From positions 1,312,001 through 1,376,000 of the forward strand of contig OY730476.1 in NCBI GenBank assembly GCA_963422735.1: a stretch of DNA of 64,000 bases. The letters run 5' to 3'. The position numbers and the translations under genes were made by a program. Below are positions 9,021 through 18,801 of the stretch, piece after piece (position 1 is the first letter of the stretch; each line of letters opens with the position of its first letter). This DNA comes from Candidatus Latescibacterota bacterium (lineage in GTDB: Bacteria; Latescibacterota; UBA2968; UBA8231). Below the pieces are notes generated by a model. That model searched no databases, had not been told where the DNA came from, and saw only the letters and a list, made by a program, of their open reading frames with translations.

Positions 9021-10396
9021 CCGTCAGACCGCCGCTGATCCCAAGGGCCGTAGATGGCCAGCGTGGTGCCGGGATGCTGAATATTGACGAAGAGTATTTG
9101 ACCGTCGGGCGAGAAGGTCGCGCCGGCGAATTCGGACTTGTTCATGCGATTGTGCCCGAAGCGGTAAATCTGGCCTGCGGGCGTTATGCCGACTAGGTTG
9201 TTTTCCCCGCCACCGTCTTCGCAGACGATCAAGTCGCCAAAAGGCGAGACCGTGAGGTTGTCGGCGTTGTCGACTAGGTCGCCGTCGTTCGGCTCGACGA
9301 AGAGTTCGAGCATCCCCGGTGCTGTGCCCTCATCGGCCGTGCCCTCGTGAGGGCTAGGCTGGTAGCGGAAAATTTGACCTTTCTTTTTTTTGCCGCCGCT
9401 GGTGCAAGCAAAGTAAATCGCCTCGCCGCCATACCACATGCCCTCGCCGCGGGCAAAGCGGGCGCAGCCCTTGCCGTCAAAGCCTTGGAAGCGCAAGTCG
9501 TCGTCCGGCGACTCGACGTTTTCTATATCGACCCAGCGCACGGCGAGCGGCTCGCCTGGACGCACCAGAGCCTTTTCCCAGTTGCGGGTATCTAGACTGG
9601 GATGGTCGATTACGGCCAAGGCTTGCAGTCGTCCAGCCGTTAGTTTGCCCGGTGCGCCGGGTATGTAGCGGTAGATCAAGCAGTCGCCAGTATCTTCGGT
9701 CTGATAGACGATTCCCGAGCGGGGATCGACGGCGATGGCCTCGTGCCTGAAGCGCCCCATGGCCTTGAGCGGAACCGGCGCGGCGCGGCGGATTTCTGTG
9801 GTAGCGGGGACCTCGAAGTTGTAGCCGTGGTCTTTTTCGAGCGGCTCGTCGATCCGCTGGGTTGTCTCTTCGCAGCTAACCCAGCTATGCCAAGGGGTCG
9901 GCCCTCCGGCGCAGTTGACCGCAGTGCCGGCCAAGCTGAGAAACTCCCGCTCCACGGCACCGGTTTGCGCGTTGTACACGACGGTCGTGGTGCCGCCCAA
10001 GCCCGGCATCTCACCTTGGCCCCAGTCATACAAGTCCTCTTTGGGCAGTTTGCCCAGCCCCTCGTTGTCATCGCCAAAGGCACCGGCCTCCCGCGCCCCG
10101 CTGCTCAGCTCGTGGTTGCGCACCAAAACGATGCGGCCCTCTGGCCCGGGGAAAGCGGCCATCCCGTCGGCTGCGCCCGGCACCCGCAGGCCGTCGTCCA
10201 TGGGTTCGCCAGCGCGAGAGAGAATCCGATAGCTAAACCCCTCGGGCAGGTCGAGGAGGCCTTCGAGGTCGGGCACGAGCGGCCCAAAGCTATTTTCTAG
10301 CACTGGCTCGCCCCACGCGAGGTGGCGGTGGAGGCCGGCAAAACCGATGGAAACGGCCGCCGCGCTTTTGAGGAATTGGCGTCTAGAAACAGGCAT
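9017..10396 (-). CDS. phoX: PhoX-family (DUF839) alkaline phosphatase, Tat-exported
   Basis: SRRQFLK Tat motif, RNHE, NCAGG.TPW..W.SCEE, MGRFRHEA, DN, CEDG, FVNIQHPG. Confidence 0.9.
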   Translation of the reverse strand: MPVSRRQFLKSAAAVSIGFAGLHRHLAWGEPVLENSFGPLVPDLEGLLDLPEGFSYRILSRAGEPMDDGLRVPGAADGMAAFPGPEGRIVLVRNHELSSGAREAGAFGDDNEGLGKLPKEDLYDWGQGEMPGLGGTTTVVYNAQTGAVEREFLSLAGTAVNCAGGPTPWHSWVSCEETTQRIDEPLEKDHGYNFEVPATTEIRRAAPVPLKAMGRFRHEAIAVDPRSGIVYQTEDTGDCLIYRYIPGAPGKLTAGRLQALAVIDHPSLDTRNWEKALVRPGEPLAVRWVDIENVESPDDDLRFQGFDGKGCARFARGEGMWYGGEAIYFACTSGGKKKKGQIFRYQPSPHEGTADEGTAPGMLELFVEPNDGDLVDNADNLTVSPFGDLIVCEDGGGENNLVGITPAGQIYRFGHNRMNKSEFAGATFSPDGQILFVNIQHPGTTLAIYGPWDQRRSDG

Positions 10397-10501
10397 GAAA
10401 TCGTCTCCTAAGAAGGGTTTGTAAACAAAATACTAAGGCGCGCCTCATCGTCAAATGCGAGCTTTCCCATCGCACGACCTTCGTCCATATATTTTAAAAC
10501 G

Positions 10502-11206
10502 ATGCGATTCCAAAAACCTCAGTGGCACGACGAACTGCCCTCGACTAATACGACCTTAGTCGCGTGGCTGCGCGAGGGCCGGGACCTGCCCGACGGCTTC
10601 GTGCTCGCCGCTCGCTCCCAGACCGCTGGCCGGGGCCGCTACGAGCGGCAGTGGCTCGCCCGGCCCGGCCGCAATCTGACCTTTTCCGTGCTGTTGCAAA
10701 GCGCGGCCTCGCCCGAGCGGCTCCTGTCGCTACCGCAGGCTGCAGCCTTGGGCGCGGTGGCCTATTTGAAAGAAAATGGCTTGGTGGCTCAGACCAAGTG
10801 GCCCAACGATGTGCTCGTGGGAGGTCGCAAGATCTGCGGCATTTTGGCCGAGCACTGCAAAAGGGTCGTCCTCGGAATCGGCCTCAACGTCAACATGGAT
10901 GCCGACGAGGCGACGGCCATCGACCAGCCCGCTACCTCGCTGCGGATTGAGACGGGAACCGAGCGCGATGTCGAGAGGGCATTAGACGAGCTGTTAGCGC
11001 ATTTACAGGTGTGGATCGGGCGCTGGGAAAAAGGTGGCTTTGCTGCGCTGAGTGTGGCGTGGGAGTCTCACTGCGCCAACTTGGGCCAGTACGTAGCAGT
11101 CGGCGGGTACACAGGCGTGGTGCTGGGCTTTGGCGCAGCCGGGCAACTGCTGCTGCGCGAAGACGACGGCACGCGGCGAGCGGTGTGGACCGGGGATGTG
11201 GCTTAG
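10502..11206 (+). CDS. birA: Biotin-[acetyl-CoA carboxylase] ligase without HTH
   Basis: STN, QTAGRGR, KWPNDV...KICGIL, GIGLNVN; convergent with a biotin-dependent decarboxylase. Confidence 0.95.
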   Translation: MRFQKPQWHDELPSTNTTLVAWLREGRDLPDGFVLAARSQTAGRGRYERQWLARPGRNLTFSVLLQSAASPERLLSLPQAAALGAVAYLKENGLVAQTKWPNDVLVGGRKICGILAEHCKRVVLGIGLNVNMDADEATAIDQPATSLRIETGTERDVERALDELLAHLQVWIGRWEKGGFAALSVAWESHCANLGQYVAVGGYTGVVLGFGAAGQLLLREDDGTRRAVWTGDVA

Positions 11207-13002
11207 CTTATGCACGCCAACACCTGTCCGTTGGCCACCTGATCCCCGGCATTCACCGAAATATCGGCTACCGTGCCTCCGATGGGAGCCGTTACCGGCA
11301 TTTCCATCTTCATGGCTTCGAGCACGAGGATTCCGTCGCCCGCTTCTACGCGGTCGCCGACTTGGGCAAGGTGGCGGATTACTTTCCCAGGCATCTGGGC
11401 TTGTACCGGCGTACCACCTTCAGCCTTGGGTGGCGGCGGGGGAGCCGCCACCTCTGTCGCTGGATCCAAGCTGACTTGGAAGCGGCGACCATCAACCGTG
11501 GCCGTGTCGCCGTCAATGGCCACTGCATAGCGACGGCCATCGACGGTGATCGCATAGTGCGCCGGACCGTCGGCCGGAGCCTCTTCTTTCTGCTCTCTTT
11601 CCACCTTGCGCACGCCGCTCTCGCCTTCTCCTTTGAGAAAGGCGAGGCCCTTGTCTTGGCAGGTGGCGACGATGAAAATGTTTTCGTCCGTCTCGGCAAG
11701 GCCGGCTTCCCGCAGTTGGTTGCGGGCCGGTTCGGCGCCCTTGTTCGGGTCGGCATCGTTGCGTTCGAGCGGCTTTTGCGTCGTTGGTTCTAGCCCAAGT
11801 TGTTGGGCGGCGATTTCGACGACCGAAGGGTCGGGCGCGACTGGCGTCTTGCCAAAGTAGCCCAAGACCATCTGGCCGTAGGGTGCGGCGATCCGCTCCC
11901 AAGGGCCGAACATGACGTTGTTGAAAGCCTGCTGAAAGTAAAACTGAGAAACCGGCGTCACCGAGGTGCCGAACCCGCCCTTTTCGACGACCTCGCGCAT
12001 GGCCTTGATCATATCCGGGTACTTGTCCATGATGCCGTTGTCTCGCAGCATCTGGGTATTGGCCGTCAGCGCGCCGCCGGGCATGGGGCTCCAGGGAATC
12101 ATCGGCTCCACGGCCACCGCTTCGGGCGGCAGGAAATAGTCGGCCATGCACTCCTTAAAGACTTCCTCGGCGTCGCGGATCTTGTCGATGTCTATGTCGA
12201 GGTCGTACTCGGAGCCGCGCAGCGCGTGCCACATGACGATAATATCGGGCTGACAGGTGCCGCCGGAGCAGGGAGCCATAGACAGATCGATGGCATCGGC
12301 ACCTGCGTTGAGGGCAGCCATGTTGGCACTGACGCCAATGCCGGCCGTTTCGTGGGTGTGAAAGTGGATGAAGGTGTCCTCGGGCAGCATGAGACGCGCT
12401 TGGGAGATGGTCTCATAGACTTTGGCGGGCACGGCCGTGCCCGAGGCATCCTTGAAGCAAACGGCGTCGTAGGGGATGCCAGCGTCTAGTATTTGGCGCA
12501 AGGTGTTGGTGTAAAAGGCCGCGTCGTGGGCGCCGGAGCAACCGGGAGGCAGTTCCATCAGCGTGATGCAGACTTGGTGTTTGAGCCCGGCATCCACGAT
12601 GCACTGCCCCGAGTAGATAAGGTTATCGACATCGTTGAGCGCGTCGAAATTGCGGATGGTCGTGATGCCGTGCTTTTTGAAGAGTTCGGCGTGGAGCTTG
12701 ATGATGTCGCTCGGCTGCGATTCGAGACCGACCACATTGACTCCCCGCGCCAAAGTCTGTAGGTCGGCATCCGGGCCGACCGTTGCGCGAAAGGCGTCCA
12801 TCGCCGCAAAGGCGTCTTCGCCGCAGTAGAAGTAAAACGACTGGAAACAGGCCCCGCCGCCGGCCTCGAAGTAGGAGATGCCAGCTTCCTTGGCCGCGGC
12901 GACGGCAGGCAGAAAATCGGACGTAAAAACGCGCGCTCCATAGACCGACTGGAAGCCGTCGCGGAAGGCGGTACACATGAAGCGAATTTTCTTCTTGTTC
13001 AC
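11203..13002 (-). CDS. oadA: Oxaloacetate decarboxylase alpha / pyruvate carboxylase B-type carboxyltransferase with biotin carrier
   Basis: FRDGFQS, KDASG, HTH metal motif, MPGG, VTPVSQ, EAMKM biotinylation site; GTG start at 13002 behind GAGG. Confidence 0.88.
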   Translation of the reverse strand: MNKKKIRFMCTAFRDGFQSVYGARVFTSDFLPAVAAAKEAGISYFEAGGGACFQSFYFYCGEDAFAAMDAFRATVGPDADLQTLARGVNVVGLESQPSDIIKLHAELFKKHGITTIRNFDALNDVDNLIYSGQCIVDAGLKHQVCITLMELPPGCSGAHDAAFYTNTLRQILDAGIPYDAVCFKDASGTAVPAKVYETISQARLMLPEDTFIHFHTHETAGIGVSANMAALNAGADAIDLSMAPCSGGTCQPDIIVMWHALRGSEYDLDIDIDKIRDAEEVFKECMADYFLPPEAVAVEPMIPWSPMPGGALTANTQMLRDNGIMDKYPDMIKAMREVVEKGGFGTSVTPVSQFYFQQAFNNVMFGPWERIAAPYGQMVLGYFGKTPVAPDPSVVEIAAQQLGLEPTTQKPLERNDADPNKGAEPARNQLREAGLAETDENIFIVATCQDKGLAFLKGEGESGVRKVEREQKEEAPADGPAHYAITVDGRRYAVAIDGDTATVDGRRFQVSLDPATEVAAPPPPPKAEGGTPVQAQMPGKVIRHLAQVGDRVEAGDGILVLEAMKMEMPVTAPIGGTVADISVNAGDQVANGQVLACIS

Positions 13003-13019
13003 GGTCGCATCCTCGTTGT

Positions 13020-14147
13020 CTATCCGACCAACACCGACCACAAGACGCCGGCACCTACCGCCGAGCCGATGACTCCGGCGACATTAGGGGCCATCGCGTG
13101 CATCAAGAGGTAGTTATTGGGGTCTTCCCGCTGGCCCATCATCTGCACCACGCGGGCCGAGTCGGGCACAGCCGAGACCCCGGCAGCGCCGACGAGGGGG
13201 TTGATTTTGTCTTTGGTGAAGAGGTTCAAGAACTTGGCGAAGAGCACGCCGCTGGCCGTGGCGATGGCAAAGGACAGGGCACCAAGGCTGAAGATGAGTA
13301 CCGACTGTGGCGTGAGAAAGGTCTGGGCTTGGGTCGAGCAGCCAACCGAAAATCCGAGGAGGATGGTGACGATATCGACCATCGCGGTGCGGGCGGTCTG
13401 GGCCAAGCGCTCGGTGACGCCGCTTTCCTTGAGCAGGTTGCCGAAAAACAGCATGCCGATCAAGCCGATCGCGCCCGGAGCGAGGAGCGCGCAGATGAGG
13501 AAGGCGGCGATGGGAAAGATGATCTTTTCGCGCTGCGAGACCTCGCGCGGGGGCCTCATGCGAATCAGCCGTTCTCGGCGCGTAGTCAAAAGTTTCATCA
13601 CCGGCGGCTGAATTACTGGTACCAAGGCCATATAAGAATACGCGGCGATGGCGATAGCTCCTAGCAAGTGAGGGGCTAGCTTGGCCGAGAGAAAGATCGC
13701 CGTCGGCCCGTCGGCCCCGCCGATGATGCCAATGGCTCCGGCCTCCGCCGGGGTGAAGCCCAAATAGAGCGCGCCGATCAAGGTCAGGAAAATGCCCGTC
13801 TGCGCTGCTGCCCCCAGCAGCACCAGCCGGGGACTGGAGAGCATCGTCGAGAAGTCGGTCATCGCGCCGATGCCGAGAAAAATGAGCGGCGGGAAAATCC
13901 CTTGGCTGACGCCAAAGTAGATGTAGTAGAGCACACTGCCTTTGTCGTACACGCCGATGGCCATGCTGGAGATAGACGGGATATTACCCACGATGCAGCC
14001 GAAGCCAATCGGCAACAGCAGCAGCGGCTCGTAGTCTTTGCGGATGGCTAGAGAAATGAAGACCGCGCCAATAGCGATCATCAACAGGTTGCCACCCGAC
14101 ATGTTGGCCACGGCCGTGGTAGTGAGAAATTCGAGGAGAATCTCCAT
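13020..14147 (-). CDS. oadB: Na+-translocating decarboxylase beta subunit
   Basis: YEPLLLLPIGFG, IGIIGGADGPTAI, AYSYMALVP, GVSAVP, NVAGVIGSA. Confidence 0.96.
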   Translation of the reverse strand: MEILLEFLTTTAVANMSGGNLLMIAIGAVFISLAIRKDYEPLLLLPIGFGCIVGNIPSISSMAIGVYDKGSVLYYIYFGVSQGIFPPLIFLGIGAMTDFSTMLSSPRLVLLGAAAQTGIFLTLIGALYLGFTPAEAGAIGIIGGADGPTAIFLSAKLAPHLLGAIAIAAYSYMALVPVIQPPVMKLLTTRRERLIRMRPPREVSQREKIIFPIAAFLICALLAPGAIGLIGMLFFGNLLKESGVTERLAQTARTAMVDIVTILLGFSVGCSTQAQTFLTPQSVLIFSLGALSFAIATASGVLFAKFLNLFTKDKINPLVGAAGVSAVPDSARVVQMMGQREDPNNYLLMHAMAPNVAGVIGSAVGAGVLWSVLVG

Positions 14148-14153
14148 GGCCGT

Positions 14154-14399
14154 CTAGTCGTTTTGGCGGCGTGTGTGCAGGGCAAAGCCTATGGCCGCGG
14201 CGATGGCGGCTGCGTCGGTTTCTTGGCTCTGCGTGTGGAGGTGAGCTGGGGGAATATAGGGGTTGATCGCGGCGAGGATCCTCGGCAAGACAGCGATAAA
14301 AACGCTGACCAATACTAGGACGGTGAAGACGATGCTCATGCCTGCGAAGGCTAGGTCTAACCCCTGTACGAGTGGGCTGTCGAGTGCGAGTTGCTTCAT
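14154..14399 (-). CDS. oadG: Decarboxylase gamma subunit (OadG family)
   Basis: GMSIVFTVL transmembrane segment, AAIAAAI...H tail, position in operon. Confidence 0.85.
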   Translation of the reverse strand: MKQLALDSPLVQGLDLAFAGMSIVFTVLVLVSVFIAVLPRILAAINPYIPPAHLHTQSQETDAAAIAAAIGFALHTRRQND

Positions 14400-14603
14400 G
14401 TCTAAGTGGCTATGCGGAAAATGAAATACATTAAGGTAGGGCGGCGGGCCGATAAGTCAAAAGGCGTTAGAACGTCGGTATTGGTCCCTTTGCACAGTAC
14501 CCGGGCGGAGGAGTGCGGACTGGCTATGCGCTCTGCTCTCAACGACGGTGTTCCAAAATCTCTTCTTCCAGTGCTGGGCTACTCTCTGCTTGAAAACGGC
14601 CCC

Positions 14604-15878
14604 CTACCAATAACTCAGCGCGTCCTCAAAAATCGCCGCTAGTTCCTCAGCATCTGCCGCTCGCGGCGAGAGCTTGGTCACTCGGTGCTGTGGCAGCGTG
14701 CCCTCGACCAGCACCGGGATGTGCTGGCTTCCGTAGCCGAGTGCGCTGAGGCCGTTGGGTGCGCCGAGTTGGCGCATCAGCGCGACGATGCGGTCGGCCA
14801 AGATCGCGCCCGCGTCCTCGTCGTTGGCCCCGGTGCAATCGGCCCCCAAGACCGCGGCCGCCCGCAGATGCCGCTGAGGGCAAGCCGGCGCGGTAAAGCG
14901 AAAGACCGCAGGTGCGTTGACGATCACGGCAAACCCGTGCGGCACCAGTGGGTAATCAATAGCGTATCCCTCGGGCACATAGTCTTCCACCATGCCAGCC
15001 ACCGGATAGGACATGCCGTGCGGCAAGTGGACGCCGGCGTTGCCAAAACCAATGCCGGCGAGGGCTGCTGCCAAGCTCATCGCGCTGCGGGCCTCATCGT
15101 CGCTTGGGTCGGCCACAGCGCGGAGCAGGAATTGTGCCACCAACCGCAAAGCCTCCAACGCCCACAAGTCGCTGATGGGATTCGAGCCTTGGTAGGCCGG
15201 TCGCAGTTGGGGCCGGTCGGGTCGGGGCCGCTGGTCAAACGGCAGGGCCGTGTACGACTCCAAGGCGTGCGATAGCACGTCGAGGCCGGTTGAAGCGGCT
15301 ACCTGCGGCGGCATGGAGCGCGTGTTGTCTGGATCGACGATCCCCAAGGTCGGGCGCATGTAGCGGTGGGCCATGCCGGTCTTGGCTTTCATCTCGACGA
15401 AATCGAAAATCGCCACGCCCGTGGTCTCGCTGCCGGTGCCAGCAGTGGTGGGGATGGCAATCAGCGGCTTGAGCGGGCCGGGCACTGGCTCCCCCCGGCC
15501 AATGGGCGCGTTGACGTATGCGAGGAAATCGGCTGGATAGGTGGTGTACACGTTGGCCGCTTTGGCCGTGTCCATCACCGATCCCCCGCCGACGGCGACG
15601 AATCCGTCAAACCCTTGTTGGGCGTACGCAATCGCCGCTTTGAACGAGGCGTCGGTCGGCTCGACGCGCACTTGGCCGAACAGCGCGTACTCGACGCCCG
15701 CCTCCGCAATGGCCGCCAAGGCCGTCTGCACCGGCGCTTGCTCGCGCAGGTTCGGGTCGGTCAATACCATGACCCGCTTCAGCCCCCGGTCCTTTAAATC
15801 CATGCCGATCTCCTTGGTGGTGCCCGGGCCGAAGCGGATGTTGGAGGTGGCGATTTCGTAGGCGGTGTCGAGAAGCAT
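14604..15878 (-). CDS. Hydroxyacid-oxoacid transhydrogenase (ADHFE1/HOT-like Fe-ADH)
   Basis: GGGSVMDTAKAAN, YVNAPIGRG, PTTAGTGSETT, RPAYQGSNPISD, GVHLPHGMSYPV. Confidence 0.92.
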   Translation of the reverse strand: MLLDTAYEIATSNIRFGPGTTKEIGMDLKDRGLKRVMVLTDPNLREQAPVQTALAAIAEAGVEYALFGQVRVEPTDASFKAAIAYAQQGFDGFVAVGGGSVMDTAKAANVYTTYPADFLAYVNAPIGRGEPVPGPLKPLIAIPTTAGTGSETTGVAIFDFVEMKAKTGMAHRYMRPTLGIVDPDNTRSMPPQVAASTGLDVLSHALESYTALPFDQRPRPDRPQLRPAYQGSNPISDLWALEALRLVAQFLLRAVADPSDDEARSAMSLAAALAGIGFGNAGVHLPHGMSYPVAGMVEDYVPEGYAIDYPLVPHGFAVIVNAPAVFRFTAPACPQRHLRAAAVLGADCTGANDEDAGAILADRIVALMRQLGAPNGLSALGYGSQHIPVLVEGTLPQHRVTKLSPRAADAEELAAIFEDALSYW

Positions 15879-15987
15879 GATATAGCAATCCTAAATGACT
15901 GAAAAATGTGCATTGTGTAGCGCTGGTTAATACGCTACGATGGCTATCTGCGTCATCTGTGCTCGTCCTTGACCGACTAGGACGACG

Positions 15988-16263
15988 CTAGCCGCTAAAC
16001 GCCTTGAACGCCAGCCCGGCGATTGCCAAGATCGTCGTTAGCTGGAGCGGTATCACCCAGCGATATAGCTTGTCAATTTTGGCTTCAAGCGACTCGCGGT
16101 TGGCGTCAATTTTGGCCTCGAGCGACTCGCGGTTGGCGTCAATTTTGGTTTCGATGCGGCCCAGCCGGGCGTCGATTTGCTCGACAATGCCCTCCAGCCG
16201 GGCGATGCGCCCCTCGTGGTCTAACGGATACGGCCGCTCCGGCGACGGAAGTTGCTCGCTCAT
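15988..16263 (-). CDS. Small coiled-coil protein with C-terminal membrane anchor
   Basis: AGGAGG RBS then ATG at 16263; KIDANRESLEA repeats; hydrophobic C-terminus. Confidence 0.75.
   Translation of the reverse strand: MSEQLPSPERPYPLDHEGRIARLEGIVEQIDARLGRIETKIDANRESLEAKIDANRESLEAKIDKLYRWVIPLQLTTILAIAGLAFKAFSG
16073..16149. repeat. 33-bp in-frame tandem repeat, about 2.3 copies
   Basis: GTCAATTTTGGCYTCRAGCGACTCGCGGTTGGC twice, plus GTCAATTTTGG. Confidence 0.9.
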
Positions 16264-16481
16264 GCTCCTACCTCCTGTTTGATGGTTAACAGCGCCAAAC
16301 CTTAAAAAATGTCTCTGCGCCTTTCGAGTTCCCCGCCGATCCCGAAAATCCATACCAATCCATCTAAACCGTCTCCCCCTAGCCTTGCAGGAAGGGAGCT
16401 AGGAGGTTGGGCCTAAAATAGGGTTGACTTAGAAGGCCGGGCAAGGTCTAGTTAAAAGAGCTTTGACAATGGGAGATCGTC

Positions 16482-16907
16482 GTGGCTGAACGAATGAATA
16501 TGACGCACGAGGAAGTGGAGGAAGGGCAGCAGTTGGCCTTGGATTTTGGCAAGTTGCAGCGAGCCGCAGCCTGTGGCGAGGGGTTGGTGCCAGTGGCGGT
16601 ACAAGACGTGAATAGCGGCGAAGTGCTGATCGTGGCGTACGCCAATAAAGAGGCCCTAAACTATGCACAGCGCGAGGGCTTGGCCGCGTTTTGGAGCACG
16701 TCGCGCAACGAGTTGTGGGTTAAAGGCGCGACCTCGGGCAATGTGCTTGAACTGGTCGAAATCCGCGTCAACTGCGAGCAAAACTCGCTGCTATATCGCG
16801 TCCGGACCAAAGCAGAGGGGGCCTGCCACACCCGAGACGCAGCCGGTCGGACGCGGTCTGGGTGTTACTACCGGCGGCTCGTGAGGGAACGGCTCGAACC
16901 GGTTTGA
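16482..16907 (+). CDS. hisI: Phosphoribosyl-AMP cyclohydrolase
   Basis: GLVPVAVQD, FWSTSRNELWVKGATSG, C...ACHT...CYYR. Confidence 0.92.
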   Translation: MAERMNMTHEEVEEGQQLALDFGKLQRAAACGEGLVPVAVQDVNSGEVLIVAYANKEALNYAQREGLAAFWSTSRNELWVKGATSGNVLELVEIRVNCEQNSLLYRVRTKAEGACHTRDAAGRTRSGCYYRRLVRERLEPV

Positions 16908-17012
16908 ATTGATCTGTGTGGGTTGGATTGTATTTTTGCGAATAGCGCGGTGTAAACTGCTGTTCCTATTGGGAGTCGTTTCTTCCCCTTTTGCTCACAC
17001 TCATAAGGTTCA

Positions 17013-17204
17013 GTGAAAGGATGCAAACATGGAGTTTGGATTACTTCTTTTCTGGCCATTCCCTTATGGATATTCAGCATGATCGTCGCTACCATGATAG
17101 CCGACAAAAAGAACAGATCGACAATAGCTTGGTTGTTGGCAGGTTTATGGTTTGGGCCTATTGCTTGCTTCTTTGTTTATATCCTCCCTGAGAAGAAACC
17201 TTAG
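17013..17204 (+). CDS. Small two-TM membrane protein, possibly frameshifted at the 5' end
   Basis: IADKKNRS..W...GL.FGPIA pattern; the better RBS/ATG at 17029 is out of frame through a T-run; AT-rich. Confidence 0.55.
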   Translation: MKGCKHGVWITSFLAIPLWIFSMIVATMIADKKNRSTIAWLLAGLWFGPIACFFVYILPEKKP

Positions 17205-17259
17205 ACGTATGGTTCCCATCTGAGAATAGCGCTTGACACCCTAACTGGAGAACTAGACG

Positions 17260-17787
17260 ATGGCTAATGCCGTGATTGTCGTCGATATGCAGAATGGCTT
17301 TATGCGTCCAGACGGGACCCTCTACTGCGGGGACCACGCACGGGCGATCATCCCGCGCATCGCCGCACGGGTCGAGCGCGAAAAGGCCGCTGGGGCCTCG
17401 CTATTTTTTACCCAAGACAGCCACAGCGCAAACGACCGCGAGTTTGAGATGTTCCCTCCCCACTGCATCGAAGGCAGCGAGGAGGAGCACATCATCGCCG
17501 AGCTAGCGCCGTTGGCCCAAGAGGCGCAGATTGTCAAAAAGCGGCGCTACAGTGCCTTTTTCGAGACCGGGTTGGCCGCGATGTTGGAGGAGCTAGCACC
17601 GGACAAGGTCGTGGTGATGGGCGATTGCACGGATATCTGCGTCCTGCACACTGTGGCCGGGCTGCGCAATCGCGACTATCGGGTCGAGGTCCCGGCCGAT
17701 TGCGTCGCCAGCTTTGATCCTCGGCAACACGAATGGGCCTTGGGGCATATAGAAAAAATTCTCGGGGCCCAAGTCACTAATCGCTGA
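17260..17787 (+). CDS. pncA: Nicotinamidase / isochorismatase-family cysteine hydrolase
   Basis: VDMQNGF, DSH, PPHC, K..YSAF, CTDICV; coupled to pncB. Confidence 0.85.
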   Translation: MANAVIVVDMQNGFMRPDGTLYCGDHARAIIPRIAARVEREKAAGASLFFTQDSHSANDREFEMFPPHCIEGSEEEHIIAELAPLAQEAQIVKKRRYSAFFETGLAAMLEELAPDKVVVMGDCTDICVLHTVAGLRNRDYRVEVPADCVASFDPRQHEWALGHIEKILGAQVTNR

Positions 17788-18788
17788 TGGCAGACCGCGA
17801 CCCATACGCGCCCTCAGCTGCTGCGCTGGCGGGAGACAACGCGGATATGTACTTCCGCCGCAGTTGCGACATCCTCGCGGCCGAGCAGCTCAATCCGGTC
17901 GTGGCGATGGAGGTATTTACCCGGCAGCGCGCCCTGCTCTGCGGCTTGCGCGAGGCGCAGGCCCTCTTGCGGCAGGTGCTCGGCGAGAAGGCGGAGGTAT
18001 GGAGCTTGGACGAAGGGGATTGGATCGAGCCGCGCGAGGCAGTATTGCGGATTCGCGCACCCTACCGGCAGTTCGGGCTGTACGAGACGGCGCTGTTGGG
18101 GATGCTCAGCAGCGAGACCGGGTGGGCCACGGCCGCGGCGGAGTGCGTGGCCGCAGCCGACGGGGTGCCGATCATCAGCTTCGGTGCCCGGCACGTCCAC
18201 CCAGATGTCAGCGCCCGGATGGAATACGCGGCTATCGTCGGGGGCTGCTCCGGATGCGCCACCCCGCAAGGGGCCGCCCTTGCTGGCATTGAGGCAAGCG
18301 GAACCATGCCCCATGCCCTAATCCTGTGCTTCGGCGACACGCTCAAGGCGGCCGAGGCCTTTGACCGCCACATCGACGCCAAGGTCGAGCGCATCGCGCT
18401 GGTTGACACCTTTAAGGACGAAGCCGAAGAAAGCCTGCGGCTGGCCGAGGCCCTAGGCGAGAAGCTGTGGGGAGTGCGGCTGGACACTCCCAGCGAGCGC
18501 GGCCGCGTCACGGCTGAGTTGGTCGCGGAGGTGCGCGCACGGCTCGACCAAGCCGGACATAGCCAAGTAAAGATCGCGGTCTCCGGCGGCTTGGACGCCG
18601 AGCGGATCGGCTATTTCCGGGCGGCAGGAGCCCCGGTGGATACCTTTGGGGTCGGCAGCGCCATCAGCGCGGCCGCGCTGATTGATTTTACCGCGGACAT
18701 CAAAGAAGTAGAAGGCCGGCCCCTCGCCAAGCGAGGACGGATACCAGGGCTTACTGAAAACCCCCGGCTTAAGCGATTGGAACTCTAA
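17787..18788 (+). CDS. pncB: Nicotinate phosphoribosyltransferase (short QAPRTase-like type)
   Basis: DMYF, SFGARH.HP, GTMPHAL, LVDTF, VRLDTP, SGG, FGVGS. Confidence 0.9.
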   Translation: MADRDPYAPSAAALAGDNADMYFRRSCDILAAEQLNPVVAMEVFTRQRALLCGLREAQALLRQVLGEKAEVWSLDEGDWIEPREAVLRIRAPYRQFGLYETALLGMLSSETGWATAAAECVAAADGVPIISFGARHVHPDVSARMEYAAIVGGCSGCATPQGAALAGIEASGTMPHALILCFGDTLKAAEAFDRHIDAKVERIALVDTFKDEAEESLRLAEALGEKLWGVRLDTPSERGRVTAELVAEVRARLDQAGHSQVKIAVSGGLDAERIGYFRAAGAPVDTFGVGSAISAAALIDFTADIKEVEGRPLAKRGRIPGLTENPRLKRLEL

Positions 18789-18801
18789 TAAGGAGCATGT
18801 T

